Shown in pieces: positions 38,896 to 50,009 of a DNA stretch of 64,000 nucleotides. Within the stretch, counting starts at the first letter, position 1. Every line of letters begins with the position of its first letter. Made by a program: the position numbers and the translations under genes. The notes under the pieces were generated by a model. It did no database searches, had not been told where the DNA came from, and was given only the letters and a program-made list of their open reading frames with translations. The stretch is from Hydrurus foetidus (Eukaryota). The stretch is from the NCBI GenBank assembly GCA_900617105.1, contig UYFQ01000006.1, positions 496,001-560,000 of the forward strand, in the 5' to 3' direction.

Positions 38896-40191
38896 GTGCT
38901 CAAACTGGGTTGTATTGCGGACGATTTCACCGGGGCCACCGACCTCGCCAACAATTTGGTGCGTGCAGGGATGCGGGTGGTGCAGACCATCGGCGTACCT
39001 ACCACGCCGTGGGCTGCACCCCTGGGCGGGGAGGTCGATGCCGTGGTGGTGGCGCTCAAATCACGCACCATCGCACCTGCCGATGCGGTGCGCCAGTCAT
39101 TAGAGGCCGCTGCTTGGCTCAAAGCCGCTGGGGCCACGCAGATTTACTTCAAATACTGCTCCACCTTTGACAGCACCGCACAGGGCAATATCGGCCCGGT
39201 GACGGAAGCCTTGATGGAGGCGTTGGACACAGATTTCACCATCGCCACCCCCGCCTTCCCCGACAACAACCGTACCGTGTTCAAAGGCTACCTGTTCGCA
39301 GGCGATGGCCTGTTGAACGAAAGCGGGATGCAAAACCACCCGCTCACGCCCATGGCGGACGCCAACCTCGTGCGCGTGCTGCAAGCGCAGTGTGACCGCA
39401 TGGTCGGCTTGATCGACTACCGCACGGTGGCCCTTGGCCCCGAAGCCATCACCGAACGCATCACGCAACTGAAGGCGCAAGGCGTGGGCATGGCCATCGT
39501 GGACGCAATTGCCAACGATGACCTGATGCGCCTCGGCCCTGCGCTCAAAGCCCTGCCTTTGGTGACAGCGGGCTCCGGCGTGGCCATCGGTCTGCCGCAG
39601 AACTTTGGTATGGCTCCGACACCTCAATCCAGCCAACTGCCCGCTGCACGCGGCTGGCAGGCGGTGGTGTCGGGCAGCTGCTCGCTGGCGACCAACCGGC
39701 AGGTGCAGGCCTTTATGGACATGAAAGACGCAAGATGCACCGCGTGGGCGCTTGACCCCTTGCATCTGGCCGCGCAAGAAGCCGCTGGCGTGGACGTGGT
39801 GGCCAAGGTGTTGGCCTGGGCGACACCGCTCTTGCCACAGGGGCCAGTGCTGGTCTACGCCACCGCCGATGCCGCGTCCGTCAAGGCCGTGCAAGCACAA
39901 CTGGGCGTGGAAGAAGCCGGTGCCTTGATCGAGCGCACCTTGGCGGGCATAGCACGGGGTTTGGTGGCTGCAGGCGTGGGGCAATTGGTGGTGGCTGGCG
40001 GCGAAACCTCTGGCGCGTGCGTGCAGGCGCTGGGCATCACGCACATGCAGATTGGCCCGCAAATTGACCCCGGTGTGCCGTGGTGTCATGCGCACAGCGA
40101 GGCCGCAGGGCAAGGCATCCACCTCACGCTCAAATCGGGCAACTTTGGGGGTGATGACTTCTTCACCAAAGCGTTCAAGCAGCTGAATTAA
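38896..40191 (+). CDS. otnK: 3-oxo-tetronate kinase (DUF1537 family)
   Basis: IADDFTGATD, KYCSTFDS, AGGETSG, LKSGNFG. Confidence 0.92.
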   Translation: MLKLGCIADDFTGATDLANNLVRAGMRVVQTIGVPTTPWAAPLGGEVDAVVVALKSRTIAPADAVRQSLEAAAWLKAAGATQIYFKYCSTFDSTAQGNIGPVTEALMEALDTDFTIATPAFPDNNRTVFKGYLFAGDGLLNESGMQNHPLTPMADANLVRVLQAQCDRMVGLIDYRTVALGPEAITERITQLKAQGVGMAIVDAIANDDLMRLGPALKALPLVTAGSGVAIGLPQNFGMAPTPQSSQLPAARGWQAVVSGSCSLATNRQVQAFMDMKDARCTAWALDPLHLAAQEAAGVDVVAKVLAWATPLLPQGPVLVYATADAASVKAVQAQLGVEEAGALIERTLAGIARGLVAAGVGQLVVAGGETSGACVQALGITHMQIGPQIDPGVPWCHAHSEAAGQGIHLTLKSGNFGGDDFFTKAFKQLN

Positions 40192-40215
40192 CAAAGCGAA
40201 CACAGGGCCAACGCC

Positions 40216-40938
40216 ATGACGGAATCCCAAGCCCGCGATGACATTTGCCGCATCGGCCAAAGCCTGTTCCAGCGCGGCTACGTCCACGCCACCGCAGGCA
40301 ACATCAGCGTGCGTTTGGACGACGCGCAAGGTGGTGGCTTCCTCATCACACCCACCGATGCTTGTTTGGGCTTTTTAGACCCGGCCCGCTTGGCCCGCCT
40401 GGATGCAAAGCTGAACCCTGTCAGCGGTGACAAGGCAAGCAAAACCATAGCACTCCATACATACATATACAGCGCTGCAAGGCGATTTGATCCCCAAACC
40501 TGCTGCGTCATCCACACCCACAGCACCCATTGCGTGCAGCTCAGCCTGCAAGCAGAGCAGCCCGCTAACACGTCCGACAACACACCTGACGACGACACCG
40601 AGCTGCTGCCCGCCCTGACCCCCTACTTCGTCATGAAGGTAGGCCATGTCCCGCTAATACCCTACCACCGCCCTGGTGCGCCGCAAGCCGCCGAAGCCGT
40701 CGCCCAGGCCATCATCCGCTACGGCGAGCGCGGCACCCCGTTGCGGGCCGTGATGCTGGCCCGCCTGGGGCCCAACGTCTGGCACGACAGCCCTGCGGCA
40801 GCGATGGCCACCCTGGAAGAGCTGGAAGAAACGGCGCGGCTGGCCTGTCAACTTCGCGCGTCTGGCCGGCCCTTTCCGGCACCCTTAACCTCGCCCCAAA
40901 TTCACGAGCTGCGCGATACCTTTGGCGCACGCTGGTAA
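40216..40938 (+). CDS. otnC: 3-oxo-tetronate 4-phosphate decarboxylase (class II aldolase family)
   Basis: AGNISVR, ITPT, IHTHSTH, LEELEETA. Confidence 0.85.
   Translation: MTESQARDDICRIGQSLFQRGYVHATAGNISVRLDDAQGGGFLITPTDACLGFLDPARLARLDAKLNPVSGDKASKTIALHTYIYSAARRFDPQTCCVIHTHSTHCVQLSLQAEQPANTSDNTPDDDTELLPALTPYFVMKVGHVPLIPYHRPGAPQAAEAVAQAIIRYGERGTPLRAVMLARLGPNVWHDSPAAAMATLEELEETARLACQLRASGRPFPAPLTSPQIHELRDTFGARW
40435..40490 (+). repeat. Dispersed two-palindrome motif, copy inside otnC
   Basis: GCAAG CAAAACC ATAGC ACTCCA TACATACATATACAGCGC TGCAAGGCGATTTGA. Confidence 0.7.
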
Positions 40939-40985
40939 GGTCTGCGCGAACCCGTCCTTGCCCCCTTTTTTGAAGCCCCAACACC

Positions 40986-41831
40986 ATGCCTCAATTCGCC
41001 GCCAACCTGTCGATGATGTACACCGACTTGCCCTTTTTAGACCGCTTTGAAGCCGCTGCCAGGGACGGTTTCAAAGCCGTGGAATACCTGTTCCCCTACG
41101 CCTTCACCAAGGAAGAATTGGCGGCCCGGCTCCAGGCCCACGGCTTGCAACAGGTGCTGTTCAATGCCCCTCCTGGCGGCACCGATGCAGCGTCCATCGC
41201 CCATGCCTGGGAGGTCACAGGCAGCCGAGGAACAGCCTGCCTGCCCGGCCTGGAAGCAGAATTTCGCGCCGGTGTCACCCTGGCCCTGGACTACGCCCAA
41301 GCCCTGCACTGCCCCCGCATCCACCTGATGGCCGGTCTGATTCCGGAGGGCTTAGACCGCGAAGACGTACAACCCACCTACATCGCCAACCTGCGCTGGG
41401 CCGCTGCCGAGGCGGCAAAACAGGGCTTGGACGTGTTGATAGAGCCCATCAACACCCGCGACATCCCCCGCTTCTTCCTGAACCGCCAAGACCATGCACA
41501 CGAAATCATCGCGTTGGTGGGTGCGCCCAACCTGAAGGTGCAAATGGACCTGTACCACTGCCAAATCGTAGAAGGCGACGTGGCCATGAAAATCCGCCAG
41601 TACCTGCCCACAGGCCGTGTCGGGCATTTCCAAATTGCGGGTGTGCCTGAGCGCCACGAGCCGGATGTGGGCGAGATGAACTACCCGTACCTGTTCCAAG
41701 TCATCGACGAGGTGGCGAAAGAAACGGGTTGGGACGGTTGGGTGGGCTGTGAATACCGGCCACGGCTGGGCGCGCAGGCGGGGGGGACGACGGCGGGGTT
41801 GGGGTGGCTGCCGCGTCAGGTCAAGCTGTAA
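40986..41831 (+). CDS. otnI: 2-oxo-tetronate isomerase (Hyi family)
   Basis: [33 protein letters not shown]. Confidence 0.9.
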   Translation: MPQFAANLSMMYTDLPFLDRFEAAARDGFKAVEYLFPYAFTKEELAARLQAHGLQQVLFNAPPGGTDAASIAHAWEVTGSRGTACLPGLEAEFRAGVTLALDYAQALHCPRIHLMAGLIPEGLDREDVQPTYIANLRWAAAEAAKQGLDVLIEPINTRDIPRFFLNRQDHAHEIIALVGAPNLKVQMDLYHCQIVEGDVAMKIRQYLPTGRVGHFQIAGVPERHEPDVGEMNYPYLFQVIDEVAKETGWDGWVGCEYRPRLGAQAGGTTAGLGWLPRQVKL

Positions 41832-42513
41832 AGACTTTTCTGAGCCATCCCTGAAGTGCGCTGTAGAGGGGCGCATGGGGGTTCAAAAGTTGGGGATTGA
41901 CAGCGTTGTAAAGTCCGTGCCCAGGCTTTTCTTGCCACGCCAGCCAAGTGGCGACTTCGGCCTTGGTTCTGTGGAGTGGTTTGAATTTAGGGCTGCCAGG
42001 TATCTTGTCTATGGCGTCTATCGCTGTGCAGCCATGTTGGTACAACGCGGCTTCATCGGGGTGCAGGCACCGTCTGATCCAGTCTTCCAACATGCCTTCG
42101 TCTGCGTTGTTGGGCATCACCCACAAGCCCACATCAGCAAACCCATCGTTGTGCTCAAAAATCAACCCCTCAGCAGGGCTTGCGGTTGAGAGGATGTAGC
42201 CAGCGCTTTGCAAAGCCGCACTGACCCGTGCGCAAGCTGGCGAGAAACCGCCGCCGTTGATTTGACTGTCAGCATCCACCACGACAGCGAGCTTTTCAAT
42301 TCCCCCATCCTCCAGTTGCTTGAGCAAGGTGGGGAGCAGTTTGAAAACCCCTTCTTTCGAATTCTTGGTCGTGGCGGTTGAGGCCAAATCCTTCGGTGTG
42401 GCGACGCGAATGGCAACTTCAATGGCGGATTCACGGCAGAGGACTTCAAAGAATCCACGGTATGCCTCACCCTCCACCAGCAAAATATGCTTCTCGCTCT
42501 TTTTCTCGCTCAT
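41821..42513 (-). CDS. DUF3226 (TOPRIM-like) protein
   Basis: [40 protein letters not shown]; coupled to the AAA ATPase. Confidence 0.8.
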   Translation of the reverse strand: MSEKKSEKHILLVEGEAYRGFFEVLCRESAIEVAIRVATPKDLASTATTKNSKEGVFKLLPTLLKQLEDGGIEKLAVVVDADSQINGGGFSPACARVSAALQSAGYILSTASPAEGLIFEHNDGFADVGLWVMPNNADEGMLEDWIRRCLHPDEAALYQHGCTAIDAIDKIPGSPKFKPLHRTKAEVATWLAWQEKPGHGLYNAVNPQLLNPHAPLYSALQGWLRKVFTA

Positions 42514-43664
42514 CGCACTTCCATCTCACTTTGGGTGATCGCGTACAGCGCTTCCTCTTCAAAGACCGTGGCGATGACCTTGCCCTTGTCGCTGGTACGC
42601 ACACTTTTGCCCATGCGGAAAAGCACCCCCTCAATGTCGGCGTGTGCCCGCGCCACTTGGGTGAAGCTCTCAATGCAATCCCAGCTGTGCGTGGTGGCAA
42701 AAACCTGTACATCGAGTTTCTCAGCCATCTCAAACAACATCGTCCATACTTTTTCTTGCACGCTGTAGTGGAGGCCATTTTCAAACTCGTCAATCAGCAG
42801 AAAGCCCCCTTTGGCGGAGAGCAATTTCAGCGTCAGTTGCAACACCCGCACCACGCCATCACCCAAGCTTTTCAAGGGTACGGGCCTCAGCGCGTTGGAC
42901 AGCCTGACTTTGCCACTGCGTTGAATGCGTCGCGGTGATGTGGAGTTGACTGAGTCATTACGGACAAATGCCAAGGCATCGAACTCCGGTGCAATGATGC
43001 GCATCGCTTCTTTGACAAGTTCTGCGTCGTCACTCAACGCAATCTTGTCCCACTCGTCAGCAAATTCATCTTGTGAGACAAACTGTGTCGGAACCACGCT
43101 GCATGGGATGGCGCTGGCGAAATCGAATTTTGGTGTTTTGAACCGTCCAGGCGCAACATCCAAAAAGCACAAGGGGAATTTTCGTTTCCCTTGGCTGATT
43201 TGCAGAGCCTGCATGATGTCGTCAGTTGTGCTGGCGGCACCCGATTTCAGAAGCTCTTTGTTATGCAGAAAAAAACTGCGGTTGCCATTGTCAGTTGGCT
43301 GGGTAGTCTCAGTCACCAGAACATGCTTAATCAACAAGGCGGCTGGGTGGTCAGAAGTGCTGCCAATGTGTATCGCCGTGTCGTCGTCAGCAGGAAACAT
43401 GCGCCCTGCGAAAAAATCTTGGAAAGGCAAAGTTGTATCCTGCTCCATACCCTCAGCATCTCCTGCGGTGTATTTCTCATCATGTTCAGCAGCGATGGCC
43501 TCCAAAAGCACATGCTGACCATTGCCTGCGTAGATCCGTAAAGCCTCAAGCACAGAGCTTTTCCCCGAGTTGTTTTTACCCACAATCAGGTTGATGCGGC
43601 CAAGCTTCTCCACTTGAAAGTCAGTCAATGACCTGAAGTTTTTGATGTGCAGTGAATCCAGCAT
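42510..43664 (-). CDS. AAA_15/AAA_21 ABC-type ATPase
   Basis: IKNFRS, GKNNSGKS, LGDG, LIDEFENGLH, FATTHS. Confidence 0.92.
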   Translation of the reverse strand: MLDSLHIKNFRSLTDFQVEKLGRINLIVGKNNSGKSSVLEALRIYAGNGQHVLLEAIAAEHDEKYTAGDAEGMEQDTTLPFQDFFAGRMFPADDDTAIHIGSTSDHPAALLIKHVLVTETTQPTDNGNRSFFLHNKELLKSGAASTTDDIMQALQISQGKRKFPLCFLDVAPGRFKTPKFDFASAIPCSVVPTQFVSQDEFADEWDKIALSDDAELVKEAMRIIAPEFDALAFVRNDSVNSTSPRRIQRSGKVRLSNALRPVPLKSLGDGVVRVLQLTLKLLSAKGGFLLIDEFENGLHYSVQEKVWTMLFEMAEKLDVQVFATTHSWDCIESFTQVARAHADIEGVLFRMGKSVRTSDKGKVIATVFEEEALYAITQSEMEVR

Positions 43665-43687
43665 GGTGCAATCGTTGGTGTGGTGTT

Positions 43688-43743
43688 TGAAATCGGTCTT
43701 CAGCGCTTGTCAATCAAGCAGAAGTAGCTATTGAATCAGAAGC
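43688..43743 (-). repeat. Dispersed two-palindrome motif, intergenic reverse copy
   Basis: TGAAATCGGTCTTCA GCGCTTGTCAATCAAGCA GAAGTA GCTAT TGAATCA GAAGC. Confidence 0.88.
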
Positions 43744-43790
43744 AACTAGACCACAAGCGTTCATGAAGAATGCATGGGATTATGTCTCCC

Positions 43791-44765
43791 TCACCCCCCA
43801 TGCAACAACCCCATAAACCGCTCCGTCACCGCATTCACCGGCCTGTCGCGGTGTACCAAACTTCCCCACGCCGTTAGCGTCTGCGTGATGGGGTAGCGCA
43901 GGATGCGCAGCAGCCCGTGGGCTTCGTAGCGGCTGGCGATGGACTGGGGGATGACGGCGATCATTTCGCTGCGGGCGATCAGGTTGGTGGTGGTCAATAT
44001 GGAGGCGGTTTCTATCAGCCCCAGGGGCAGGGCGGCGTGGTGGCTGCGGAATTCTTGCTCCATCACCTCGCGCATGGGGCTGCCGGGGGGCTGCAATATC
44101 CAGGGGTAGGCTAACAAGGCTTCAAAGGTCAATGCTTTCCCTCGGCGCTTGTTCAAAGGTGGGGCCAGGGGGTGCTCGCAGGCGGCAACCACGGACAAGG
44201 CTTCTTCGCCGATGGGGCGAAAAATGCAGTCTTGGCTTTGGGGATTGGCCGGGTTAGCGGGGTCGGCCACACGGCCAATCACCACGTCCAGGCTGCCGTC
44301 GCGCAGTTGCTCAATCAGGCGGTCGCTGGTGCCCACAAAAATCTCCACCGACAGCAGCGGATAGACTTTTTTCAGCCCGATCAGCGCATCGCTCAAGGTG
44401 GTGGGCGCTGCCGCCATGATGCTGCCCACAAACAGCTTGCCCGCACTGCCCAGGCGCAGCTCGTGCAGCTCACGCCCCAGCGCCGACATGCTGCCGCGCA
44501 AGCCACGAAACGTGTTCATCACCGCTTGCCCCGCAGGGTTCAGTCGCAGGCCGCGTCCCACGCGGTCAAACAGGGTTTGGCCTAACGCACTTTCCAGTTC
44601 GTGCAGCATTTTGGTGGCGGCGGGCTGAGACATGCCTAAGTCCAGCGCCGCCGCCCGCAAGGTGCCGTGCACGTCAATGGCCAGCAGCAAAGCGACTTGG
44701 CGCATCCGAAGGCGGTTTAAAAGCTGCGGGGTTGAGTTCGGTTTGAGACTCGGGTTTACCAGCAT
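43791..44765 (-). CDS. LysR family regulator
   Basis: GTLRAAA...MSQPAATKMLHELE...LFDR HTH. Confidence 0.95.
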   Translation of the reverse strand: MLVNPSLKPNSTPQLLNRLRMRQVALLLAIDVHGTLRAAALDLGMSQPAATKMLHELESALGQTLFDRVGRGLRLNPAGQAVMNTFRGLRGSMSALGRELHELRLGSAGKLFVGSIMAAAPTTLSDALIGLKKVYPLLSVEIFVGTSDRLIEQLRDGSLDVVIGRVADPANPANPQSQDCIFRPIGEEALSVVAACEHPLAPPLNKRRGKALTFEALLAYPWILQPPGSPMREVMEQEFRSHHAALPLGLIETASILTTTNLIARSEMIAVIPQSIASRYEAHGLLRILRYPITQTLTAWGSLVHRDRPVNAVTERFMGLLHGG

Positions 44766-44778
44766 AAAAAGCCCTTTT

Positions 44779-44801
44779 ATTGATAACCTGATGGAATCAA
44801 T
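44779..44801. promoter_or_regulatory. LysR T-N11-A recognition box
   Basis: ATTGAT-N11-ATCAAT between lysR and the pdxA-like gene. Confidence 0.75.
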
Positions 44802-44879
44802 GTATCAAATACTTTCAGTTTACGTGCATCAATAGCGTGCCTACTATCCACGCAACAACACCTTGATGAGAAATACACC

Positions 44880-45926
44880 ATGCCTGCTGATGTTCTTCCC
44901 GTTATTGCCCTGACCCTGGGCGACCCCGCAGGCATTGGCCCTGAGTTGATCGCTCGCTTGCTGGGTCAAACCGATGCCGCGCAGCATGCCAACATCGTGC
45001 TGGTGGGTGACCCGTGGCTGTGGGCGGAAGGACAACAAATCGCAGGCGTGCAGGTGGCGACCACGCCCGTGTACAGCTTTGCCGAGGTGCGTGCGCGTAC
45101 CCATAACAGCGACATGGCTGCCAAAACGGGCACAGTCGCGTGGTTGGGCATGGACACCGTCGCCGCCAGCCAGGTGCAACGCGGCCAAGCCCTTGCGCCC
45201 GGCGGTGCATCGGTCTTGCAGGTGCTGAATGCCTGCATGGATGCCGCCAAACTGCGCGAGGTCGATGCGATTTGCTTTGCCCCACTGAACAAGTTCGCCA
45301 TGAAGCTGGGCGGTTTGAAGCATGAAGACGAGTTACATCATTTCGCTGAATACCTGGGCGTGAAAAGCTACTTTTGCGAGTTCAACACGTTGGGGGATTT
45401 GTGGACTTCTCGCGTGTCGTCGCACATTCCGCTGAAAGATGCGGCCGGCTACTTGAGCCGCGACCGCATCAAAGATGCCACGCGCTTGATTTACCGCTCA
45501 CTCCAGGCGGCGGGCGTGGCGCAACCCAAAGTGGCGGTGGCTGCGTTCAACCCACACGGCGGTGACGGCGGCACTTGCGGGCGTGAGGAGCTGGACATCA
45601 TTGCCCCGGCAGTCAGTGAGTTGGCCGCTGAGGGCTTCCCTGTGGGCGGGCCGTTTCCGGCGGACACCATTTTTCTCAAGGCGCGGGACGGGGAATACCA
45701 AGCCATCGTCACGATGTACCACGACCAAGGCCAGATCGCCATCAAGCTGATGGGGTTCAGTCAAGGTGTCACCGTGCAAGGCGGCCTGCATGTGCCCATC
45801 ACCACGCCCGCCCACGGTACGGCGTATGACATTGCGGGACAAGGCAAAGCGGACGTGAATGCAACCTACAACGCTTTTCGCATTGCCTGCCGCATGGGCC
45901 AAGCCATCGTTCCATCCAAAATTTAA
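44880..45926 (+). CDS. PdxA-family dehydrogenase (catabolic paralog)
   Basis: [42 protein letters not shown]. Confidence 0.9.
   Translation: MPADVLPVIALTLGDPAGIGPELIARLLGQTDAAQHANIVLVGDPWLWAEGQQIAGVQVATTPVYSFAEVRARTHNSDMAAKTGTVAWLGMDTVAASQVQRGQALAPGGASVLQVLNACMDAAKLREVDAICFAPLNKFAMKLGGLKHEDELHHFAEYLGVKSYFCEFNTLGDLWTSRVSSHIPLKDAAGYLSRDRIKDATRLIYRSLQAAGVAQPKVAVAAFNPHGGDGGTCGREELDIIAPAVSELAAEGFPVGGPFPADTIFLKARDGEYQAIVTMYHDQGQIAIKLMGFSQGVTVQGGLHVPITTPAHGTAYDIAGQGKADVNATYNAFRIACRMGQAIVPSKI
45328..45383 (-). repeat. Dispersed two-palindrome motif, degenerate reverse copy inside the pdxA-like gene
   Basis: TCGCTGAATACCTGGGCG TGAAAA GCTAC TTTTGCG AGTTC. Confidence 0.55.
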
Positions 45927-45958
45927 TTAACCTCTATAGCTCTGAAGGAGTCCACACC

Positions 45959-47131
45959 ATGAAAATCAAATCTGTCCGCGCCCGCGTCTTCGAGTGGAAA
46001 GGCAAAACCGTGCCACCACAGGGCAATTTTTGCTCCAACGCGATGGACTTGGTGTATTCCAAGACCGAGAGCATGAGCACCTTCCGTTTCCACAGCTGGA
46101 CGGTGGTGGAGATTGAAACCGATGACGGTATTGTTGGCTTGGGCAACGTCGCTCTGGCCCCCAAAATCGCCAAAGCCATCATCGACGAGTACCTCACCCC
46201 GCTGGTGCTGGGCCAAGACCCTTGGGACTACGAATACCTGTTCCAGCGCATGTACCGTGCCACCCACGCCTGGGGCCGCAAGGGCGTGACGATGGCGGCC
46301 ATCTCAGCGATTGATTTGGCGATTTGGGACATCCTGGGCAAGTCGGTCAACAAGCCCGTGTTCAAGCTGCTCGGTGGCCGCACGAAAGAGAAAATCCCCT
46401 GCTACTACAGCAAGCTCTACCGCACCGACCTGAAAGCCATGCAGGACGAGGCTCAGACCTACAAAGACCAGGGCTTCACCGCCTTCAAAATGCGCTTCGG
46501 CTACGGCCCGGCCCATCTGCAAAAAGGTGTCGTTGAAAACCTGAAATCGGTAGCAGCCGTGCGCGAAGTCATTGGCTACGACACCGATTTGATGCTGGAA
46601 TGCTACATGGGCTGGAACCTGGAATACGCCAAGCGCATGCTGCCGAAATTGGCCAAATTCGAGCCGCGCTGGTTGGAAGAGCCGGTGATTGCCGACGACA
46701 TCGACGGCTATGCCGAATTGAACGCGATGAACATCATCCCGATCTCGGGCGGCGAGCATGAGTTCAGCCTCTACGGCGTGAAGCAGCTGCTGGACAAAAA
46801 AGCCGTCAGCGTGGTGCAGTACGACACCAACCGCGTCGGTGGCATCACCGCCGCCCACAAGATCAATGCGCTGTGCGAGGCCTACAGCGTGCCCGTCATC
46901 CCGCACGCTGGGCAGATGCACAACTACCACCTCACCATGAGCACCCTCGCCAGCCCCATGAGCGAGTACTTCCCGATGTTTGACGTGGAAGTGGGCAACG
47001 AGTTGTTCTATTACATCTTCGACGGCGAACCGGTGGCTGAGAACGGTTTTGTGCAACTGGACGACAACACCCCCGGCCTGGGCCTCACGCTCAAAACCGA
47101 GTTCCTTGACCAGTTCAACATCATTGGGTGA
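45959..47131 (+). CDS. Mandelate racemase-subgroup sugar-acid dehydratase, probably L-lyxonate dehydratase
   Basis: FKMRFG, MLECY, WLEEP, GGEHE, VIPH; N-terminus recalls P. aeruginosa PA2215 (from memory). Confidence 0.75.
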   Translation: MKIKSVRARVFEWKGKTVPPQGNFCSNAMDLVYSKTESMSTFRFHSWTVVEIETDDGIVGLGNVALAPKIAKAIIDEYLTPLVLGQDPWDYEYLFQRMYRATHAWGRKGVTMAAISAIDLAIWDILGKSVNKPVFKLLGGRTKEKIPCYYSKLYRTDLKAMQDEAQTYKDQGFTAFKMRFGYGPAHLQKGVVENLKSVAAVREVIGYDTDLMLECYMGWNLEYAKRMLPKLAKFEPRWLEEPVIADDIDGYAELNAMNIIPISGGEHEFSLYGVKQLLDKKAVSVVQYDTNRVGGITAAHKINALCEAYSVPVIPHAGQMHNYHLTMSTLASPMSEYFPMFDVEVGNELFYYIFDGEPVAENGFVQLDDNTPGLGLTLKTEFLDQFNIIG

Positions 47132-47136
47132 TGCAC

Positions 47137-48084
47137 ATGAGCGCCACCACGACCTCCACTGTGACCGCCAAAAAACCGTACCAGGGGGTCTTCCCTGTTG
47201 CGCCCACCATCTTTCACACCGATGGCACGCTCGACCTGGAAGGCCAAAAGCGCTGTATTGATTTCATGATCGACGCAGGCTCCAACGGCATCTGCATCCT
47301 CGCGAACTTCTCCGAGCAGTTTGTGGTGTCGGATGAGGAACGCGACGTGCTGACCCGAACCATTCTGGATCACGTCAACGGCCGCGTGCCCATCATCGTC
47401 ACCACCACCCATTTCAGCACCCGCATCTGCGCTGAGCGCAGCCGCCGCGCACAAGACATGGGGGCAGCAATGGTGATGGTGATGCCCCCCTACCACGGGG
47501 CTACCTTCCGGGTGCCCGAGGCCAAGATTTACGAGTTTTACGCAGGCGTTTCCGACGCACTGAGCATTCCCATCATGGTGCAAGACGCACCCGCCAGCGG
47601 CACGGTCTTGAGCGCTGAATTCCTCGCCCGCATGGCGAAAGAAATCCAAAATCTGGCGTACTTCAAAATCGAAACCGCAGGCGCTGCCAGCAAGCTGCGC
47701 GAGCTGATCCGCCTCGGTGGCGACGCCATTGAAGGCCCGTGGGACGGTGAAGAAGCCATCACCTTGTTGGCAGATTTGGACGCAGGTGCCACGGGCGCTA
47801 TGACAGGTGGCGCGTACCCCGACGGCATCCGCACCATCATTGACCCCTACTTGGCCGGGCGGCGCGAAGAGGCGGTAGCGGCCTATGCGAAGTGGCTGCC
47901 GCTCATCAATTATGAAAATCGCCAAGGCGGTATTTTGACGGCCAAAGCGCTGATGTGCGAGGGCGGCATCATCGCCTGCGAAGCGCCGCGCCACCCGTTT
48001 CCTGCCATGCACCCCGAGGTGCGCAAAGGCCTGATGGACGCGGCCCAGCGGCTTGATCCGATGGTGCTGCGCTGGGGCAAGTAA
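47137..48084 (+). CDS. DHDPS-family 2-keto-3-deoxy-L-pentonate (L-KDA) dehydratase
   Basis: GVFPVAPT, ILANFSEQF, YFKIE, GPWDGEE as in Azospirillum AraD-type enzymes. Confidence 0.85.
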   Translation: MSATTTSTVTAKKPYQGVFPVAPTIFHTDGTLDLEGQKRCIDFMIDAGSNGICILANFSEQFVVSDEERDVLTRTILDHVNGRVPIIVTTTHFSTRICAERSRRAQDMGAAMVMVMPPYHGATFRVPEAKIYEFYAGVSDALSIPIMVQDAPASGTVLSAEFLARMAKEIQNLAYFKIETAGAASKLRELIRLGGDAIEGPWDGEEAITLLADLDAGATGAMTGGAYPDGIRTIIDPYLAGRREEAVAAYAKWLPLINYENRQGGILTAKALMCEGGIIACEAPRHPFPAMHPEVRKGLMDAAQRLDPMVLRWGK

Positions 48085-48114
48085 AGCCTATAAGTCACTG
48101 CTGAAGCACACACC

Positions 48115-49038
48115 ATGATCGACATTTTTGATCCCCGTTTAACCCCTGTGGTGCAGGGTGCCCGCTTGGAGCGACTGTGTACCGGCGCAGTCTGGAGCGA
48201 AGGCCCGGTGTGGCTGCACGAGGACGATGCTGTGCTGTGGAGCGACATCCCCAACAACCGCATGCTGCGCTGGTCAACCACCGACGGCATGACGGTGTGG
48301 CGCGACAAGGTGGAATTCACCAACGGCCACACCCGCGACTTGAATGGCGACTTGCTGCATTGCTCGCACGGTCTGCGCAGCATCGTGCGAACACCCCTGC
48401 ACGCAGGGCGCATCCAAGCCAGCACCACCGACGTGTCCGTGGTCAGCCGCTACCAGGGCAAACGCCTCAACTCGCCCAATGACCTCGTGGTCAAACGTGA
48501 CGGCACGGTCTGGTTCACCGACCCACCGTATGGCATCTTGAGCGATACCGAGGGCCACAAGGCCGCATCTGAGCAAGCAGCCAACCATGTGTTTTGCTTC
48601 AACCCGCTGACGGGCAAACTGAGCGCTGCCACAGCCTGGGTGCAAGAACCCAACGGCCTCGCGTTTTCGCCTGATGAGGCGCTGCTGTACGTGTCCGACA
48701 CCTCCGCCGCGTTGGCACCAAATGGCGCAGGCTACCACCACATTGCGGTGTTCGATGTGGGTGCAGGCAACCAGCTTGCGAACCCCCGCATCTTCGCCGT
48801 CGTCAGCCCCGGCTTGCCCGATGGGTTTCGCGTGGACAGCCAAGGCTGGCTCTACACCAGCAGCCAAGACAGTGTGCAGGTCTACCACCCGGACGGCACG
48901 CGCTTGGGCAAGATCCACATCCCTGAAAAAGTGGGCAATGTCTGCTTTGGTGGTGAGGCGGGCAACCAGCTTTTCATCGCTGCCAGCACCTCGCTCTACC
49001 GCATCACCCTGAACACCCAAGGAAGCCCTACACCATGA
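48115..49038 (+). CDS. SMP-30/gluconolactonase family lactonase
   Basis: WSEGPVW, LNSPND, WFTDPPYG, PNGLAFSPDE, PDG. Confidence 0.93.
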   Translation: MIDIFDPRLTPVVQGARLERLCTGAVWSEGPVWLHEDDAVLWSDIPNNRMLRWSTTDGMTVWRDKVEFTNGHTRDLNGDLLHCSHGLRSIVRTPLHAGRIQASTTDVSVVSRYQGKRLNSPNDLVVKRDGTVWFTDPPYGILSDTEGHKAASEQAANHVFCFNPLTGKLSAATAWVQEPNGLAFSPDEALLYVSDTSAALAPNGAGYHHIAVFDVGAGNQLANPRIFAVVSPGLPDGFRVDSQGWLYTSSQDSVQVYHPDGTRLGKIHIPEKVGNVCFGGEAGNQLFIAASTSLYRITLNTQGSPTP

Positions 49039-50009
49039 GCATCAGCATGAGCCCCGCCACAACCACCACCCGCCAAGAAATTTTGCTGCTGGTTGAAAAA
49101 TGCAGCCACTGCTTCAGTTACTACAATATTGATAGCGGAAAACGCTTGTACAGCTTACAGCTACCAGACTTTCCGCATGAATTTGTGGTTGATGCGGCTC
49201 AACGCTACGCCTACATCGGCCACTACGGCGTGGAAACCTCGGGCCACCTGGGGGCAGGCGGCACCAGCATCTTCCAGATCGACATTGCCGAGCGCCGTCT
49301 GGCCCGCACCATCGACATCGCACCCTTCAACCGCCTGCACGGGATGCAAATCGACGACCAAGACCGCCTCTACGCGCTGAGCGAAGACCGTGCGCAACTG
49401 GTGGTACTCGATAAACCCGCCACCGACACAGCACCCCGCCGCGCCGTGCCCACGGGCGGCATCAAATCGCACCTGTTTGCGTTGACGCGCGACGGCCAGA
49501 CCGCCTATGCGATGAACCTGCTGAGCCACACCGTCACCCAAATCAAACCCTACGACGCAACCTTCACCCCGCTCGCCTGTTCGCCCGGCGAAAAGCCCGA
49601 AGGCTATGCGCTGAGCGCAGACGAAAAGACGCTCTACGTCACCTGCCGCTGGAGCAACACTCTGGTCGCCATCGACACCGCCACCATGCAGGTCATCCAT
49701 CGCGCCCCCAGCCGTGACGATGCCACGCGGCTTTACCTCTACAGCCGTGCAGGTCAAGCAGACCGTCTGGTGGTGACGAACTACGGCGAGCGCAGCATCA
49801 GCGTGGTGGAACCCGAGACGCTGAAAGAAATCGCCCACATCCCGATGGAAGCCCGCGCCATCGCGCTCAGCTACCACCCCACCCAGCCGCTGGCCTTTGT
49901 CAGCCAAGACAACGACAAACTGGGCTACTTCAACATGGACACGCTGCGGTTTGAGCGCTTCATCGCCACGCAGCGCGAGCCTGATGTGTCGCGGGTCATC
50001 CTGGTATGA
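49035..50009 (+). CDS. YncE/YVTN-like beta-propeller protein, no signal peptide
   Basis: Repeated PH/PEG...LYVT blades. Confidence 0.7.
   Translation: MSISMSPATTTTRQEILLLVEKCSHCFSYYNIDSGKRLYSLQLPDFPHEFVVDAAQRYAYIGHYGVETSGHLGAGGTSIFQIDIAERRLARTIDIAPFNRLHGMQIDDQDRLYALSEDRAQLVVLDKPATDTAPRRAVPTGGIKSHLFALTRDGQTAYAMNLLSHTVTQIKPYDATFTPLACSPGEKPEGYALSADEKTLYVTCRWSNTLVAIDTATMQVIHRAPSRDDATRLYLYSRAGQADRLVVTNYGERSISVVEPETLKEIAHIPMEARAIALSYHPTQPLAFVSQDNDKLGYFNMDTLRFERFIATQREPDVSRVILV
49120..49175 (+). repeat. Dispersed two-palindrome motif, copy inside the beta-propeller gene
   Basis: ACTAC AATATTG ATAGC GGAAAA CGCTTGTACAGCTTACAG. Confidence 0.65.
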
